From the NCBI RefSeq assembly GCF_022045235.1, contig NW_027266267.1, forward strand, positions 29,698,001 to 29,762,000: a stretch of DNA of 64,000 nucleotides. The letters are read 5' to 3'. The translations under genes were made by a program, and so were the position numbers. Source of the stretch: Haliotis cracherodii (taxonomy: Eukaryota). Shown here piece after piece: positions 1 through 13,900 of this stretch; positions within the stretch are counted from its first letter, which is position 1; each line of letters starts with the position of its first letter. Below the pieces are notes generated by a model, which saw nothing but the letters and a program-made list of their open reading frames with translations, ran no database searches and was not told the origin of the DNA.

Positions 1-1103
1 CGTATCTGACGATGTTCACACGGGAATACTGTAACCTGGATACCCCACAGGGTTTTGTGTACATGTATATGACGATGTTCACATGGGACTACTGTAACCT
101 GGATACCCCACAGGGTTTAGTGTACATGTATATGACGATGTTCACATGGGACTACTGTAACCTGGATACCCCACAGGGTTTAGTGTACATGTATATGACG
201 ATGTTCACATGGGACTACTGTCACCTGGACACCCCACAGGGTTTAGTGTACATGTATATGACGATGTTCACACAGGACTACTGTCACCTGGACACCCCAC
301 AGGGTTTAGTGTACATGTATATGACGATGTTCACATGGGAATACTGTAACCTGGATACCCCACAGGGTTTAGTGTACACGTATATGACGATGTTCACATG
401 GGACTACTGTAACCTGGATACCTCACAGGGTTTAGTGTACATGTATGTGACGATGTTCACAAGGGACTACTGTAACCTGGATACCTCACAGGGTTTAGTG
501 TACATGTATATGACGATGTTCACACGGGACAACTGTAACCTGGATACCCCACAGGGTTTAGTGTACATTTTTATGACGATGTTCACATGGGACTTCTGTA
601 ACCTGGACACCCCACAGGGTTTTGTGTACACGTATATGACGATGTTCACACGGGAATACTGTAACCTGGATACCCCACAGGGTTTAGTGTACATGTATAT
701 GATGATGTTCACACGGGACTACTGTAACCTGGATACCCTACAGGGTTTAGTGTACACGTATATGACGATGTTCACACGGGAATACTGTAACCTGGACACC
801 CCACAGGGTTTAGTGTACATGTATATGACGATGTTCACATGGGACTACTGTAACCTGGATACCCCACAGGGTTTTGTGTACATGTATATGACGATGTTCA
901 CACGGGAATACTGTAACGTGGATACCCCACAGGGTTTAGTGTACACGTATATGACGATGTTCACATGGGACTACTGTAACCTGGACACCCCACAGGGTTT
1001 TGTGTACATGTATATGACGATGTTCACATGGGACTACTGTAACCTGGATACCCCACAGGGTTTAGTGTACACGTATATGACGATGTTCACATGGGACTAC
1101 TAT
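1..1103. repeat. 63-bp minisatellite (~17 copies), starting at the donor of the minus-strand exon 1234-1110
   Basis: Unit GACGATGTTCACATGGGACTACTGTAACCTGGATACCCCACAGGGTTTAGTGTACATGTATAT. Confidence 0.97.
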
Positions 1104-1109
1104 ACCCAC

Positions 1110-4100
1110 CGACGCACTGACTCGGCCATGACTTGACTGAGGGTCATTCTCCTTGTCGTCGTCCATGACCCTGCTGTACACCTGCCCCAGTGCTGCATCG
1201 CTGCCAGTGACCATGCTGTCCGCCACCGCCTGGGCTGAACACAGAAGCAGATCATACAGCCTTCTACTCAGTCAGTTCAGATCAGTCCTGTTGGGAAACA
1301 CCTTGTGTCATACCCCGACTGAGTGTTATGTCCATTGTTTTGGCAGGTAGTTATGCAACAACCTTGCATGTGCAATTTGCCAATAAGAATTTTGTTTGTT
1401 CATATAGTAGTGAATATAAACTATAAAAAATAGTCCTGTAAAGCCTCAAAAAGAGATAGCCACTAATGCTTTGAGTAAATGTGAGATTAATATACACAAA
1501 AGGCCTTTTCTCTGGAAAAATAACTCAAGTTTTGATAAGTATCTTTGGGATAAGCTCACTTCAGTAGTTTCCAGGGGCGCAACTAGGCTAATATTGAGTG
1601 TTAGCAAAACCAATTTTGCACACACACCCAAAATTTTTTAGATGTTCTTAAAAAGCTTGAGACTGTTTATGTAAGATTTTATTAGTAACAAATATTGGTA
1701 ATTTAACTAATATAATGTTATATTAGTAATATATATGTGTTTCACCAACACATTTACCACTTCCACTCAAGAAACATCTATGACAAATGACCTATCATTA
1801 TAATGGAAATAATTGTGAGAGCTTAAGTCACAAAGCATGTTTGTTTCCTAAAGGTTTCGTTAGATCATTACTGATATCTCAATGCAGGATGAACTCAAAA
1901 GGCAACAAATGTTTATTGTATCATAATAAACAGACAAAAGTCACTAGTAGACTACTGATAGGCTATTAGTTTGTCACATCGGCAAGGGGATGTCATGATG
2001 ATCTAAAATAACCTTTCAGTCTTTGTTGACTGTGTATATCGTATCAACAAAGGGACATCATTCTCACAACTTCATAAACCATTTACAACTGAAATCCTAA
2101 AGTGTGTAAACATTCTGATTTTCAAGTAAGACAACAAATATCATGTTTGACGGATAGAGTTTGCATTGATAATACTGCATGGTTGGTAAATTGAGGTTGA
2201 CTTATTTTTAAAACAAGCTTTTGAGGTGTAAGCAGTTGCTTTTCTGCTACAATGGTAGTTCTGCCCTTAGTTTCTGAGAAAACGTGTCCCCAATGCACAT
2301 ACTATGCACCTAGTAAAATAACATGGATCGAGGGCCATAACTCTGTAAACAAATAATTTAGGGGACCAATTTTCGACCTCAGTTGAAACAACAAAAGCAT
2401 TGAAAAAGAAAAAAAATGTTTTGAAAGTATGCAAATTTTCATTTGAGTAACTTCAGCAGTTTCTGAGATAAATCAGACCGATTGCACAAAGTTGAAAAGC
2501 ACTGGCCAGGGGCAATAACTCTGCAAACAAATAATGTACGGCACCAACTTTCAATCTCAGTCTTGACAAGTATCTCTTATATAAGCATGCAAACTTTCAT
2601 TCATGTAATTTCAGTAGTTGCTGAGAAAATTTGTCTGCAATTTCACACACTAAGTTGAAAAGCATGGAGTAAGGGTCATAACTCTATCAAAAACGAATGT
2701 ACAACACTATTTTTTAAAACTTATTTGAGATCGTGACCACTAATATCAGTGTGTAAAATTTCCTATCTCTAACTGGAATAGTTCTGGATAAAATGTGTCC
2801 ACATTCAGATGACGGAAGGATGGACAAACTCTGTTCCTATATCCTATCTTCCTATTTATCTTTGTGTAGTAGACACTAAAACCATAACATGATAACAGGT
2901 GGTGGTGTATACATTCCCACTCAACCTGCTCAATTGCTCTGAATTGTCCATATTTTATACAAGCAACACACTTCAAATTCATAAAGTTACATTTTAAAGT
3001 CTGTGCTGTATTACATACGATACAGCGACTGACTATGGGGGTTATCACGCACACGTGAGATAGGGTCTAATACATGGCACTACAGAGTCTGAGCTGATGC
3101 TGATAGTAATGGAGGCAATGTTGCTGCTATTTTAACTACCTCACTCTGTCCACTGATACTGTCATTATTCCAAACACATCCATGCTACATCTGGCATGCC
3201 AATGTCCAGTTATCCGGCCGACATATTCTCTCACCTAGATCGGGTCCTATAGCTGAGCTCCCGACTGACCTATCCATGCCGGCCTCCATGACGATGACGT
3301 CCCCTGGCGTGTGGAGTGAGGTGTCGAGTGAGGTGCTCATGGCCACCTCGTGCGAGGAGGAGGAGGCCAGGTGGCTGCTGTCCATGGTGGCGTCCATCAC
3401 CACGTGGCTGCTGGAGGTGGTGAGGGAGGAGGGTCCTGGCATGGTGGAGTGCAGGGCCTCCGAGTCCATGGCGGAGGTGGTGGACGTGTAGGAGGTGGAG
3501 GGGTGCAGGTAGCCACGGGACGCTGCAACATCCAGGGAATCAGGTCAAGGTGTGATGTCTGCCAGGATCTCCTGTCAGCAGCCCATATGTTTTGTTGAGG
3601 GAATTACTTCTTTGTACTTAAAGATATTGCTTTAGGGTTTTTTAAAATCCCTGTATTTGTTTTTGGGTGCTGCCATACCAGGATTAAATGTACCTAATTG
3701 TAGCTGTGCTCTGTCCACACTGTGTGTTTGTCTGTACATACTGTGTGTTGTGTGTACTTACTATGTGTGTTGCTATTGTGTTAGTCCTGTGTCGCTGTGG
3801 TCTGTACATACCGTGTGTTGGTCTGTACATACCGTGTGTTGGTCTGTACATACTGTGTGTTGTGTGTACATACTATGTGTTGGTCTGTACATACTGTGCG
3901 TTGGTCTGTACATACTGTGTGTTGGTCTGTACATACTATGTGTTGGTCTGTACATACTGTGCGTTGGTCTGTACATACTGTGTGTTGGTCTGTACATACT
4001 GTGTGTTGGTCTGTACATACTGTGTGTTGTGTGTACTTACTATGTGTTGGTCTGTAAATACTGTGCGTTGGTCTGTACATACTGTGTGTTGGTCTGTACA

Positions 4101-7100
4101 TACTGTGTGTTGGTCTGTACATACTGTGTGTTGTGTGTACTTACTATGTGTGTTGCTATTGTGTTAGTCCTGTGTCGCTGTGGTCTGTACATACCATGTG
4201 TTGGTCTGTACATACTGTGTGTTAGTCTGTACATACTGTGTGTTGTGTGTACTTACTATGTGTGTTGCTATGTGTTAGTCCTGTGTCGCTGTGGTCTGTA
4301 CATACCATGTGCATTGCTGTAGTCATGGACATCCTCTTGCGTAGTGTCTGGCTCCCCACTCAGACTGTCGAGGTCTCGGCCATCCTGCAACACACACACC
4401 TACACATCCTCTACCAGTGCCATTACACTTCCAGTCTACATTACATGTTTGTTTGTTCGTTGTTTAACACTGCACTAAGCAATATTCCAGCTATATGATG
4501 GCGGTCTGTAAATAATCGAGTCTGGACCAGACAATCCAGTGGTTGACATCATGAGCATCGATCCATGCAATTGGGATACGATGACATGCATCAACGAAAT
4601 CAGTGAGTCTGACCACCTGATTCTGATAGATGCCTCTTACGACCAGCAAAGTTGCTTTTTAAAGCAAGCATGGGTTGCTGAAGACCTGTTCTAGCCCGGC
4701 TCTTCATGGGCTACATTAAATGTAGAGCATTTGGCCAGAGCAAGCATACAAAAAGAAATGCGTCAGTGATCATTGCTGTCAGGGTTTGAAAACACCCACC
4801 TCAGCAGCGTTACAAACAAATCTAGTATTTAAATTTAGAATACTCCAATCTGTAATTTTACGAGAAGAGCCCATAATAGACTTTCATGATTGATCATAAC
4901 ACTGCTAAGGGGTCATTCCCCTGCAATTGTCTATTGATCAGCAGTTAGGAATGTAATCAGTTCTTGTGACAGATTGTGACAGATTGTGACAGCTTGTGAC
5001 AGATTGTGACAGCTTGTGACAGCTTGTGACAGCTTGTGACAGAGACAGCTTGTGACAGCTTGTGACAGATCGTGACAGCTTGTGACAGAGACAGCTTGTG
5101 ACAGCTTGTGACAGATTGTGACAGCTGGTAACAGCTTGTGACAGCTTGTGACAGCTTGTGACAGATCGTGACGGCTCGTGACGGATTGTGACAGCTTGTG
5201 ACAGATTGTGACAGCTTGTGACAGCTTGTGACAGATTGTGACAGATGGTGACACCTTGTGACAGATCTTGACAGATTGTGACAGATTGTGATAATGATTG
5301 TGACAGCTTGTGACAGCTTGTGACAGATGGTGACAGCTCGTGACAGATTGTGACAGATTGTGAAAGATGGTGACAGATTGTGACAGATTGTGACAGCTTG
5401 TGACAGATTGTGACAGATGGTGACAGATTGTGACACCTTGTGACAGATCATGACAGATTGTGATTGTGACAGCTTGTGACAGATTGTGACAACTTGTGAC
5501 AGATTGTGACAGCTCGTGACAGATGGTGACAGATGGTGACAGCTCGTGACTGATTGTGACAGATTGTGACAGATGGTGACAGATTGTGACAGCTTGTGAC
5601 AGATGGTGACAGATGGTGACAGATTGTGATTGTGACAGCTTGTGACGGATTGTGACAGATGGTGACAGATTGTGACAGATTGTGACAGATTGTGACGTAC
5701 CGCTCTGTGGGTGTCCCTGTCCTCCAGTGTGGCCGACTGTGACATGAGAGGGGAGTCTCCCGAGGTGCTCACTTCGCCGTGTGACGCAAACTGTGGCATG
5801 GATGTCACATGCACTGTCACATAGGACGGGGCACCACTTGGCTGCGGTTGCTGAAACACCATGACAGCACTTGGATGTCAAAAGTTTTCTTTTGTTGGAG
5901 AAAATCAATCTGATACCCATTAAATCCACATGAATGAAATGTATCTATCAAAATAATTAGATTTAGTCTGTGTTTTGTAACCTTAAGGAAACTGAATCCA
6001 TAGTTTGGCATTTTCACATACATGTGTATATACTCAGCTCATTACATCTCATATGCTTCACTGTCAGTAACCGAGGAAATAAAATTTATGCTAAAGTATT
6101 GATGTTCTAACATTACAAACAAAGGGAGATAACTCTCACAACAGGCAGTAAAGCTGTGTTGGGCTGTGCCTCGGAGCCATCTTGTCTGAGGCTGAGAGAT
6201 GATTGGCTGACGGTACAGTCAGCAGGGGAGATAACTCTCTGTACAGCCACAACACGGTGATCTTGGTCCAGTACCACTTGATGGACTTGATAACCCTGAG
6301 AAACAAGAGCATGTTAATCTAATACACTACTGGAAGTCCACCAGATCCTATGTTCTATGTAGCCTGAAACTGTTACTCATAATTTCACTTCAACCAAAGT
6401 CATTTCTCTCAAACAAATAAAGAGGAAACATCCATACTAATTATTTCTTCGTTAATTCTTTTCCTCTGAAGGGAAACAGGAGTTCTGAAACATCTTTTGG
6501 GAAATGATTTTAGTCAACTGCTTCTCGCAACAGTAATATTGAAAATGTTTGAAAAGAAAACCATGTGAGGGTTTAAGCAATAAGGGATCTTTGTGTAACT
6601 GCAGGTACCTGTTGTTGTAGGGAACTGCTGTCTACAGCCGACATACGTATAACCTGGGCTGTTTCCGCGGGCTGGATCGTGGAGTAGGACGATATCCCAT
6701 CACTCCCTGCAGCTGCTGCCACTTCGCGGTAGTCGTCTACTGGGGATATCCTCTCGTACGTGGAGTGGGCAGCCTGGTACACATCTGACTGGGATCCGCT
6801 GTACTCCCCGGAGAATGTAGCCGCAGGTCTCATAGAATGGTAGTGAGTCTCCTCAAACTCAGCGGCCTGTGGAAATTTTTAAGAACATCACAGATTTTAG
6901 CATGACAACATTATCTCATCTCTTGATAAATCAGAAGGTAAACATTGGATCCCATGCCTACTTGTTTCCCTTCACCAAGACACTTCTCATCACTGACAAT
7001 GCTTGTCACTCAGTAGTACCATACTCTGCATGGGAGAACTACTGGCAGTACCACAACAAGCACCACCATCTTATTACTATACCTGGTTATAAGCCTGCAT

Positions 7101-7778
7101 CAGTGACACAGCACATAGACTAGGCATTACAGATCCTGTACCTGGTTATAAGCCTGCATCAGTGACACACCACATAGACAAGGCATTACAGATCCTGTAC
7201 CTGGTTATAAGCCTGCATCAGTGACACACCACATAGACAAGGCATTACAGATCCTGTACCTGGTTATAAGCCTGCATCAGTGACACACCACATAGACAAG
7301 GCATTACAGATCCCGTACCTGGTTATAAGCCTGCATCAGTGACACACCACATAGACAAGGCATTACAGATCCTGTACCTGGTTATAAGCCTGCATCAGTG
7401 ACACACCACATAGACAAGGCATTACAGATCCTGTACCTGGTTATAAGCCTGCATCAGTGACACACCACATAGACAAGGCATTACAGATCCTGTACCTGGT
7501 TATAAGCCTGCATCAGTGACACACCACATAGACAAGGCATTACAGATCCTGTACCTGGTTATAAGCCTGCATCAGTGACACACCACATAGACAAGGCATT
7601 ACAGATCCCGTACCTGGTTATAAGCCTGCATGGGTTGCGCGTTGTTGGTGTCATACTGCTGTGGCTGTTGTGGTTCCGGCGACGCTGGATTCATTGAGGA
7701 CGAGGATGCTGTGACAAATTGGCTCTGATCTGGCTGTTCCCAGTTATGGTTACTGGCAGGACTTGGGGGGTCCTCCAT
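1110..7778 (-). CDS. Unidentified multi-exon gene, 5' part (low-complexity Ser/Gln/Asp-rich N-terminus, ~407 aa in window); continues beyond position 1
   Basis: Coding exons 7778-7614 (MEDPPSPAS...AYNQ), 6866-6609 (AAEFEETHYH...SLQQQ), 6295-6140 (GYQVHQVV...LLPV), 5850-5701 (QPQPSG...THRA), 4384-4306 (DGRDLD...NAH), 3522-3235 (ASRGYLH...GPDL), 1234-1110 (AQAVAD...VSAS). All are GT-AG with matching phases 0,0,0,0,1,1,0 and no stops. No recognisable domain yet. Confidence 0.82.
2209..2850 (+). mobile_element. Helentron-associated (HINE-like) element remnant
   Basis: AAAACAAG start, three diverged ~170-bp units each with GGG(C/T)CATAACTCT-like cores (2331, 2510, 2671), and a GACGGA/GGAC-type microsatellite tail. 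Confidence 0.45.
3718..4311. repeat. 21-bp minisatellite containing the GTATGT donor of exon 4384-4306
   Basis: Unit GGTCTGTACATACTGTGTGTT with interspersed longer blocks. Confidence 0.95.
4447..4711 (-). mobile_element. SINE-like interspersed repeat
   Basis: Reverse-complement homolog of 33959-34189 (CTTCAGCAACCCATGCTT...CACTGGATT.TCTGGTCCAG...AATATTGCT...AAAC tail). Confidence 0.75.
4963..5697. repeat. 10-bp tandem repeat (~70 copies) abutting the donor at 5700
   Basis: TGTGACAG(A/C)T units. Confidence 0.97.
7080..7631. repeat. 59-bp minisatellite (9 copies plus the real junction) duplicating an exon end and donor
   Basis: Unit TACCTGGTTATAAGCCTGCATCAGTGACACACCACATAGACAAGGCATTACAGATCCTG. 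Confidence 0.97.
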
Positions 7779-8553
7779 CCTCGTTAGTCAGCAGGTATTC
7801 TTGTGGAAATTTGTAGTTTTACCTGGAAGACATGAAATGAAACATTGTGATGCAGTCACATGACCCACTGCCATGATAAATATGAACAGTACGCTCGATT
7901 TCATAGACATCATATTGAGTGTTGTTAGCGCAAATTATTGAGTCTTTGATGTAACATTATTCCTAAGGCATGTAACGCAAATAGTAATAATAAATTTTAT
8001 GTTTCAAATTGTATAGTTATGCCATTGCTCCATGCAAGTCATCCCCAATTACCAAGTATTATATTTCATTCCGGAAGAGACAAATAACATGGACCCATTT
8101 GCTGCCATAGTTCGTTTTGAGTTTGATTGAAATGCTGTGAAGCTACAAACAGATGTCCAATGAAATTATTTTCATGAGCAGAAATCAACATTCTGTGCTA
8201 AAGGTAGTCTGCATAAGAGATTGCAGATATCACATGGTAAATCATCTCAATGAGACTTTATGTATGTCTAATTCATGTTCAGATTGGTTACCTGCATGAT
8301 CATTTTAGTTATTTTTTTCCCATGCAAATTAGGGTTCTAAAATGTCAAGGGTTCTAGTCAACCCCAGAGCAATTATTCCCTGGACCAACCCCTGTAAGTG
8401 TCTAACATTGCAAGTTCCTAAAAGAAATTATCTGATATAGATAATGAAGGCATATAAATATAATTTAATTTACTAAATTTGGTTTTATATGCAACACAAT
8501 TATGCCCATCAATATTAATTTCTCGGTGCTCTGAATAGGCCTATGAGGTCAGT

Positions 8554-8558
8554 ATATA

Positions 8559-8617
<59 letters not shown>
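8554..8617. repeat. (TA)n microsatellite
   Basis: Directly visible. Confidence 0.95.
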
Positions 8618-8619
<2 letters not shown>

Positions 8620-9711
8620 CCACACATGATATTTACTAATTTAGTATGTCTGAAAAAATAATACAACTTATAAACTGGCGAATATTGAAAGTTGCCATCT
8701 TAAGTGAAAAGAAAAACATGTTTTTTTCTTAATTTCCAAAGTTTAATTAACAATGAAAGTATCCTTATATTTGACAACTCCATGCACAGGAAAGCCTTAA
8801 TTAATCAAATACATTTTAAAATTTAAATGCAAGTGTAATGTGATATTGTTTTACTTGTTTAATACATGAACCTTTTGTTTGTTTGTGTGAAACAGATTTC
8901 ACTGAGTAATTAAAGGCTTTCTGACTTTCACCCCATGATATTAAATGGGCACATCCAATAGGGAAGCTGTCTCTGTCATTAAAGACAAGAGGGGGTATGG
9001 GTGGGAAGGTCCCATTGACAAAACATCTGTCAGTGCGGAAAGGTCACGGGCCCTCCACAAACATTTCAGTCGCTGCAACTATTCACTGAGCTAATCTCAC
9101 TATTAATTGGTTACACATTTCTTCTGTGTTTGGGATTAACAAGGAAATAAATATGGGAGTAAATTGTGAAAAATAATTCGAACTTTTGAAAAAGTCTTAT
9201 TATGTGATCGAACGAGATCGAACTTGGAGCGCAATGCCACTTTTGATCCGACGGCTTCCACTGATATGGCCGACATGTCGAGCTTGCGATATAAATTATG
9301 CTAATGGCGACCAAGCCGCATTTTTATACAATATTAGATATATCCCCACAACTATATGATTTAATCGAACTAAGATGGTACTGTCCGTGACATTTGGAAT
9401 CTTCTAAACCCATTAGCGACCCCGCACCCCTTAGGTAGACTGATCCATAAAGGACGGACCCATTTCACGGCAAATAATGCAGTTTAGGAAGGTACCACCA
9501 TCGTCAGCCCGAGTGGGTGGGGGGCAAGTTGACCTCGATTTCCCCTCTCACTTTTACGGACAAAAGACTAACTTAAACGCATCAAACCAAAATAAAATGC
9601 ACAAACGCATATAGTACAGGCTCTTTCGGTTCCTTGTCAACACGTTTTACACTGGTCCACGAAAGAAATAGAAAATTTTCAAGAAATATCATTTAATGAA
9701 AATTGACCTAC

Positions 9712-9780
9712 CTCCCGATTGCCTCAAGTCTCGTTTCCTCCCGTGGTTGTACCACGTGATCACTGACGCCATGTAAATAA
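9712..9780 (-). other. Probable non-coding first exon of the minus-strand gene
   Basis: GGAG|gtaggt donor at 9711; CpG-richer context with ATGGCG (YY1-like) and CACGTG motifs; exon 2 acceptor at 7822 precedes the ATG at 7778. The upstream boundary is approximate. Confidence 0.55.
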
Positions 9781-10836
9781 GTGGGTTCTTCGAAAATGGT
9801 CATTCTGAATCTGACTGAACCAAGAATCAAATAAAAAATGATCACTCTTGTTGTTAAGGAAGATGTATTTTCATTGAATCCTCAGAGATGTTCTAATTTC
9901 GAGTTGTATGGATTTTCTCTGTTAGACTAACCCATTCTTTGTGACTCCTATTTATCTATAGATATTTCGTAATTTCTGGAAATAATTTCAATCAAAGTAA
10001 AGAATTGTTTATAAAGTTTTGTATTTATCATAATACAATGGGGATAAACAACACTGGATAGTCTAGGTTGTGTTGATTTGGGTCATTGTTCGATTGCTTT
10101 AGATTTGGAGGTTTTATGGGTCATTTGTGTGAACCTTATAGGTCCGTGCTTAATAGCTACCAGAAGTCCTCATCTCCTTCGACTCGACTTCCTGTGCAAT
10201 GAACAGACCCCAATGTAGTTTCGTATCGTACATGATCTCACACGTTTCAAAACTGAGAGAAACAGATGCCGAACAAATAATGTCAATTCCATAAGTTTTT
10301 TCAGGATTTTGTCGGATGGAAAGCTTGCAGAGCCATTAACCTCCCTATCCCTATTCTTAGGGAATTAGGATTTTTTATCCGAACTTTTGAATTGGTCCCC
10401 TACTGCTCATTATCAATAAAACTAAGGGGCTAATATTGAGCGAGTTGTGTTATACGCCGCTTTTATTCCGGCAATATGACAGCGGGGGACACCACACATG
10501 CATGGGCATCACACATATTGTCATGATCGTACCATGTATGAGGAATCGAAGGCTAAACACGAAGACATTTAACAAAGTACAAACACTTTTATGTCACTTA
10601 TTCCACACTCATACATCTTTTACATAAATGTTTTCGTGTTGTAGATTGGTAATAAACATGGAAATATTTTGTTAATGTGCTGCTGCTACGATTTCGCTTG
10701 TGCCTTCATGATGAGTTGCATAAACTTCGTTTCGTTGAAACTACTTGGGTTCTTTTAATACAACCGTGTTGTTTAGACATGGCGGCTTGCATGAACAAGT
10801 GCCTTACTTGCTACGGAACGTATTGAAATATTTGCG
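9780..10836. promoter_or_regulatory. Putative bidirectional promoter between the minus-strand gene and CCDC191
   Basis: Head-to-head first exons about 1.1 kb apart; local CpG enrichment. Confidence 0.5.
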
Positions 10837-10905
10837 ATGGATGATGACATTCATAAATCTGGTCTTTATAAATGGAAAAGGCAACCCCCAAAGTCCTCTT
10901 CAAGA
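10837..10905 (+). CDS. CCDC191: CCDC191 exon 1 (MDDDIHKSGLYKWKRQPPKSSSR); alternative in-frame donor after 10923
   Basis: ATG at 10837; GLYKWKR motif; phase-0 donors AGA|gtatat and CAG|gtgcca. Confidence 0.7.
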
Positions 10906-13900
10906 GTATATTCTCGCTCACAGGTGCCATCATGATTACAGTCGCTACACAAAATTTCATTGTTAAACTTGCCAACTTGGCCTTTTGCTAGTGACTTTGA
11001 CAGTTGTACTGATGGTCTAACCACCTGCTAACCGAACCACAACATCAGCGTTGCTTAAACAGCTGCTTGTCGTTTTCGTTATTTGAAAACTGCGATGAAC
11101 TAACATTTGTTTATATTTTCGACATTTTGATGTAGAGATACTGTAAATAAAAATAAAATCTGTATATATCCGTTCACCATTTCTTTTTCAGAACTGCAAA
11201 ACCCAAGATGATATTCAGGATTGGATAAAAGTAAGGCTTGTTTTTGTTTGTTAAATCGTGTAACAGATCCATATCGGACAATCACACTGTTAGCTAACGG
11301 TATTCTACTACTCTTGAGCTAATTGATAAAAAGATCGTCAGAGGCAAATTGTATCAGAAAGATACTATTTTCATCTCCATATTGATAAGGAACACATAAA
11401 TATACTTATTTATATTTTCCCCTATATATTGCTACATTTACAAACATATCACAATACGTTTTGCTGAACATTTGCACCTCAATATACCGCTGTACCTTGG
11501 AGATTTGATTGACCGGAGCACCTTTAGAATACAGTACCACAACAACAATATCTGCCGTAGGTCACACATCTCAAAGACAAGCAACCAGTTTTTGTGAGAA
11601 TCCGTCTGACGCGAAACAAGGTGTAAATTTACCTAGTCATGCCTACGACGTTACGGAACTGAACGAAAAGGGTCGAATAGGTGATGGACACTTACGAAGG
11701 TTATGGGTAGGCATGGTGTCTCGTGACTTTAGTCTACGGACACTTACGAATGATCCCAATGCACACTCGGCCAAGGATAGAGTTTGGGTAATCCAATAGC
11801 CACTTAATGGGTACCTAACCCTAATGATCGTAAAGGGGTGATTGATCGTAAAGGGGATCCAAGGGCTAAGGATAGAGTTTAGGGTAGCCTACCCTAACAC
11901 TGGCGACATTTCGATGTGTTCAGCGCCAATATAATATCCCCAATAAACTGCATTCATGTTCATAATAATGAAAATTAATGAACCGAAAAAATAATATATA
12001 ATAAATTATGTATATAATAAAACTCTCAACACCGCTGGTCTTATTCAATAACATCGTGTGAAGAGATGATAGATCACTGGGAGGAACTTATGCACACTTG
12101 ATGACCCCTGACGTCACACGGCATTATTTCGCCGGTGTGACTGGCAACAAAATACCACAAATTACGTCATAGCGTATTGTCACATGTTTGAAAAGTTTGT
12201 GGTACTGTATTCTAAAGGTAGGTCGATTGATCCATACACAAATTGGTTGATGACAGTTAGATATAAGCATGCTAGGTGCAATTGTTCAATGACTTGTACA
12301 TACGCTAAAGTTACCAATTGGCTTACTTGTACACTGATAATTCTGAGAGCAAATATCATCCAACCAACCCTAATTTGGTGCTAAAACTATTAAAACATTT
12401 TGATGGTAATCACTTTTAGTTACACAGCATATACATTTAACTTTAACCATGTTTTTACAGCAGTTTTCCGAATATTTAATTCTTGATTTGTACACCATGT
12501 ACATTGCTCCGGATACTTGGGGTGGTGGGGTAGTCTGTTCATTAAGGAGTTGGCTTGTTATGCTGAAGACCCAGGATGGATGTCTCACATGGGTACAATT
12601 TGTGACGCTATTCCCTGGCTCCCTCAGGGTGGTCTGGCTGAAATAATTCTAAAAGTGGTGCTGAAAGCTGCTCACTCACTCACTTGTGATAAAATTACTT
12701 CAACCTTCCATTTAGAAAGTGGAACAAGCCTCAGACAAAGCAACAGAGGCTGTCTTTGGGCTGAACCATTACTCTGGAAGGGAGAGAGGGAAGTATGCAG
12801 CCCTGCAAACAAGACAACAAGTGCAAGAGCATGATTCAGCTCTGTCAGAAGGTGGGGTTACCTGTCACTATCCATGTCTGCCTTGATGCCCAAACAATCT
12901 TTTCTGTTCAAATGTGATCAAAGTGATAGATAGTGTCCGGACATGTCTGGTTGTGACTGCAAAATGTCTGCTTTGAAAAAGTGCAAACCAGATATTTTAA
13001 AAATTGCCAAGAGGATGTTTTTGAGAAAATGCTTTCTGGACATTACAACCTGAGACTGAATATCATAAGAAAGGATATAAAATGAAGAGAAGCAAGTCAG
13101 GCTGACAAGTGCTTTTGTTGTTGCTCAGTGTATACACAACTTGCATGGACTACTGTGTACTATCAAAAACATCATATTATAATTCATGGTAAAAAACTAC
13201 ATCCTATCCCTTCAAGGAATTCAGGTGTTAACAAACTTAAATTGGTCAATAAAAATGTGAAATTTGAGATAAAATATCAGCAGACATGATGATTAACCAT
13301 TTAAATTGTATTTACTGTTCTGCTAGGCATTATTTTATATGCAGAAATTAGAATTAAGGTGTCTATTTTCTCGTAGTCTAAGCCGGAAATAGCAATCACA
13401 TGTACACATATTTTCTACCAATCTACCGGTGATTCGATTAATACATACACAATAATACTAACTCAAACAATTTTGATGCAATGATAGGAAGAAATGTATT
13501 TGAAACTATTATTTTATCATACATGATATATTTCAGTATTGTGTTATTTTAGTTGCAGCTTTTACCATATATATTTATAATAATAATAACCATAAGAGTA
13601 GCACTTTGGAACAGCATACACAATAATACTAACTCAGACAATTTTGATGCAATGATAGGAAGAAATGTATTTGAAACTATTATTTTATCATACATGATAT
13701 ATTTCAGTATTGTGTTATTTTAGTTGCAGCTTTTACCATATATATTTATAATAATAATAACCATAAGAGTAGCACTTTGGAACAGCTGATTGCTATTGCC
13801 GGATAGTTTTTATGCATGGAACAATTTAACATGTCACCGGGGAGACTTCCTGCAGACTTGCAAAAACGTTATGTTGGCATATATATATGATAGTCAAACT

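Noticed and set aside
12-1136. 374-aa repetitive ORF
   Set aside because: Translation of a 63-bp intronic minisatellite, antisense to the real gene
4931-5929. Long His/Cys/Ser-rich ORFs
   Set aside because: Read-through from the real exon 5850-5701 into a 10-bp repeat; a canonical donor lies at 5700
7080-7631. CRISPR-like regular array (also considered for the other arrays)
   Set aside because: No unique spacers, no cas genes, eukaryotic intron context
9712-9773. ATG (MASVITW...) as start of the minus-strand gene
   Set aside because: Splicing to 7822 gives an immediate TAA; at most a uORF
11770-11900. Telomere-like CCCTAA motifs and short direct repeats
   Set aside because: Only isolated units; probably a decayed repeat fragment that I cannot classify
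12184-12217. MFEKFVVLYSK|gtaggt as CCDC191 exon 1
   Set aside because: Its phase-1 end does not fit phase-0 exon 3; the exons at 10837 and 11192 match the homolog
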